Assembly: GCF_902713615.1 (NCBI RefSeq)
Contig: NC_052163.1
Coordinates: 37,272,248 to 37,336,247 of the forward strand
DNA from: Scyliorhinus canicula
Lineage: Eukaryota
Direction: 5' to 3'
Length of the DNA stretch: 64,000 nt
Positions 62,301 through 64,000 of this stretch are shown one piece after another (position 1 is the stretch's first letter; every line of letters begins with the position of its first letter). The translations under genes were made by a program, and so were the position numbers. The notes under the pieces were generated by a model. The model was not told the origin of the DNA. It saw nothing but the letters and a program-made list of their open reading frames with translations, and did not search any database.

Positions 62301-63052
62301 CGTTAATTGATGTTTGTGGAATCTCTCCCGTTCAAGTTGATTGTTGAGCTCGATTCCATAGCAATAGATACTGCAACTCAGAACAATCGCTGTCTGCCAC
62401 ATACTTCAGGTGGTTCTGAGGATCTAAGTATCACTATTTCTTTCCTCTCTAACGTGTCTCCCGTTTTAATCTGTTGTCAGTCACACATATCAAGCTTTTT
62501 AAGAATAATAACAGAAATTGGAATTTGTTACTAATTCGCAGCAACCAATATTTTACCAGGAAGAACACCAGGGAAATAAATGTTATCCACCTTTAACCTT
62601 CAGTGTGATGGTTTGAATTCTGTGACCCGAAGTTGTTTCCACGTCGTACTGGTATGTTCCACCATCTGACAATTGTGTTTTCTGGATTATCAGTGAGATA
62701 TCCAGTGAATTTGGGTGAAGTAATTTAATTCGACCTTGAGCTCCTCTGAAATGTGTGCTGCCGTTCAAGATTGTACTTCCATTTTTAGATATACGCAGTT
62801 CCATCAAGTGAAGTGTGTTGATTTTGCATGGCAGTTCTGTGTCTCTATCAAATAGTCCTGTCACTGAATGGCTGCAATTTAAAGTTAGGAACTCTGAAAA
62901 ACAAACATATTCATTTCCTCCCATTATTGCCTCAGTGACAATCGCTGTTAAATCAACCACATATTCAGAAATACTTGGTACTTACGTGTTGCCAGGTATG
63001 TGCGTGTGGATAGGATGACACAAAGGAAAGTCACTGTGTGATAGAAACCCAT
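56223..63052 (-). CDS. B7-family-like type I membrane Ig protein (SP-V-C-TM-short tail), 288 aa, six coding exons: 63052-62986, 62893-62591, 60327-60037, 59706-59560, 56363-56335, 56252-56223
   Basis: All junctions are GT/AG with phases 1,1,1,1,0 and the 867-nt frame is open. The C domain LIC..IGYP.A.I.W...ANTS..T..GLFNITSTL...YSCAV.N is CD80/PD-L1-like. There are 10 N-glycosylation sequons and one TM segment. The two tail exons are the least certain part. Confidence 0.85.
56480..58830 (+). mobile_element. Degenerate CR1 LINE in gene 1 intron (antisense to the gene)
   Basis: AIRDWVLWNE, KSWLTREIR, LDRIDARRMFP; a SINE tail is inserted at ~58258-58390. Confidence 0.85.
59560..59706 (-). CDS. 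Gene 1 stalk and transmembrane exon
   Basis: 147 nt, phase 1-1; ILIATSVILPGGLLVIAILVVL. Confidence 0.88.
60037..60327 (-). CDS. Gene 1 IgC exon
   Basis: 291 nt, phase 1-1; canonical C...W...YSC. Confidence 0.92.
60569..60912 (-). mobile_element. HE1-type SINE in the V-C intron of gene 1
   Basis: Reverse complement of the 52360 copy. Confidence 0.9.
62591..62893 (-). CDS. Gene 1 V-like exon
   Basis: 303 nt, phase 1-1; LPC...DISLIIQKTQLSDGGTYQY. Confidence 0.9.
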
Positions 63053-63674
63053 CCCTGAAGGTAGTTCACCTGGGAAAATACAGAACCATTAAGTCTCAGG
63101 AATCTAATGAAACCTGCTGTTTTCACTATCTTAGGCATCACGTTAGCTTTTGTTTTAGGAAACTCGAAGAGCAAGGTAGAGCCGCATTAATAATTCCATT
63201 AAGGCACATTTGCATTACTAAAAAAAAAATGAATGCTCGTAATTATTTAATGTGCTTCAGGGGTAAAACAAAAACGAAACAATCAGTTTTTTAATGTTTT
63301 CCTACAGTTCCCACAGCCAGAACAGCAGAATCCACAAACTGATAACAGTTTACAAATGGACGGTGCAGCAATGTCCAATCTCGACAGGCTGTGTGGAATT
63401 TTGCATCAGCAACGGATTTTTGCCAAAATCAGTTCCCCGCAACGATTGACAGCTTTGCCGTGCAGTCGGACCGGGTACATTCCTCTATAACTGCTGTCCT
63501 ATCCTGGGATCTGGGTGGTCCGATTCTGGATGTTGGTCCGATCTCAGTGTTGTGATATCCCATCCGAATGGCTATCAATCGTTGAGCAAGTGCTGGCACA
63601 GCATTTCAAATGGGGGGGGGGGGGGGGGGGGGGCGTAAGTACCAAGTATTTCTGAATATGTGGTTGATTTAACA
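62946..63674. repeat. Perfect 41-bp inverted repeat (arms 62946-62986 and 63634-63674)
   Basis: TGTTAAATCAACCACATATTCAGAAATACTTGGTACTTACG versus CGTAAGTACCAAGTATTTCTGAATATGTGGTTGATTTAACA. Confidence 0.95.
62986..63069 (-). CDS. Gene 1 signal-peptide exon (ATG at 63052)
   Basis: TTTCCCAG acceptor, MGFYHTVTFLCVILSTRTYLAT, GTAAGT donor. Confidence 0.85.
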
Positions 63675-64000
63675 ATGTGTTCTTTCAGACGGTCGGAGAC
63701 TCGATGGGCTGAATGGCCTCCTTCTGCACCGTCGGCATTCCATGAACTTCCTAGTTTCTCAACCGCTGCGTCCACTTACAGCCTGTGTGATCAGCAATCA
63801 GAAAGGACACGTTTAAATATCCCAAATGTATTTTCTAGTTTACCTTTGAGTTTAACAGCCTTTGAATGTTTGCAGTGAGTTATGTCGGCTTCTTGAGTGT
63901 AAGGGTTGAAACTGGGGGCATGCCGGAGGGTGACGCTGTTCGGGAGTGTTCGCCAGTGTCCTGAGATTAACCGCACTTCACTTAATGCTGAGGTCACCAT

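Overview
Repeat-dense vertebrate genomic DNA, almost certainly from a shark or ray (HE1/V-SINE-type SINEs, CR1/HER1 LINE tails, shark-type Penelope and Harbinger elements). There is no prokaryotic content and no CRISPR array. The left half is dominated by a four-tier transposon nest. A Gmr1-like Gypsy element (7424-27177, integrase before RT, no RNase H seen) contains a hAT/Tip100 transposon and a nearly intact 7.3-kb L1. The hAT in turn contains a young palindromic Penelope insertion with a hammerhead ribozyme near each end. The middle (27-49 kb) holds CR1, Gypsy and Harbinger relics, an orphan FASN exon, and a Gypsy 5' LTR with no tRNA primer-binding site but a self-complementary leader. The right end carries the host genes: two tandem minus-strand B7-family-like Ig genes. 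Gene 1 (63052-56223) can be spliced into a complete 288-aa SP-V-C-TM-tail protein. Gene 2 (50380-49890) shows only signal-peptide and V exons. Both V domains lack the canonical Trp and F-strand Cys and carry a C-x15-C pair instead. Both genes have a Gly-Gly-stop and a poly(A) signal about 120 nt into the post-V intron, which suggests a membrane ligand plus secreted V-only decoy system. All alignments and counts were done by eye and family assignments come from remembered motifs, so they need database confirmation.
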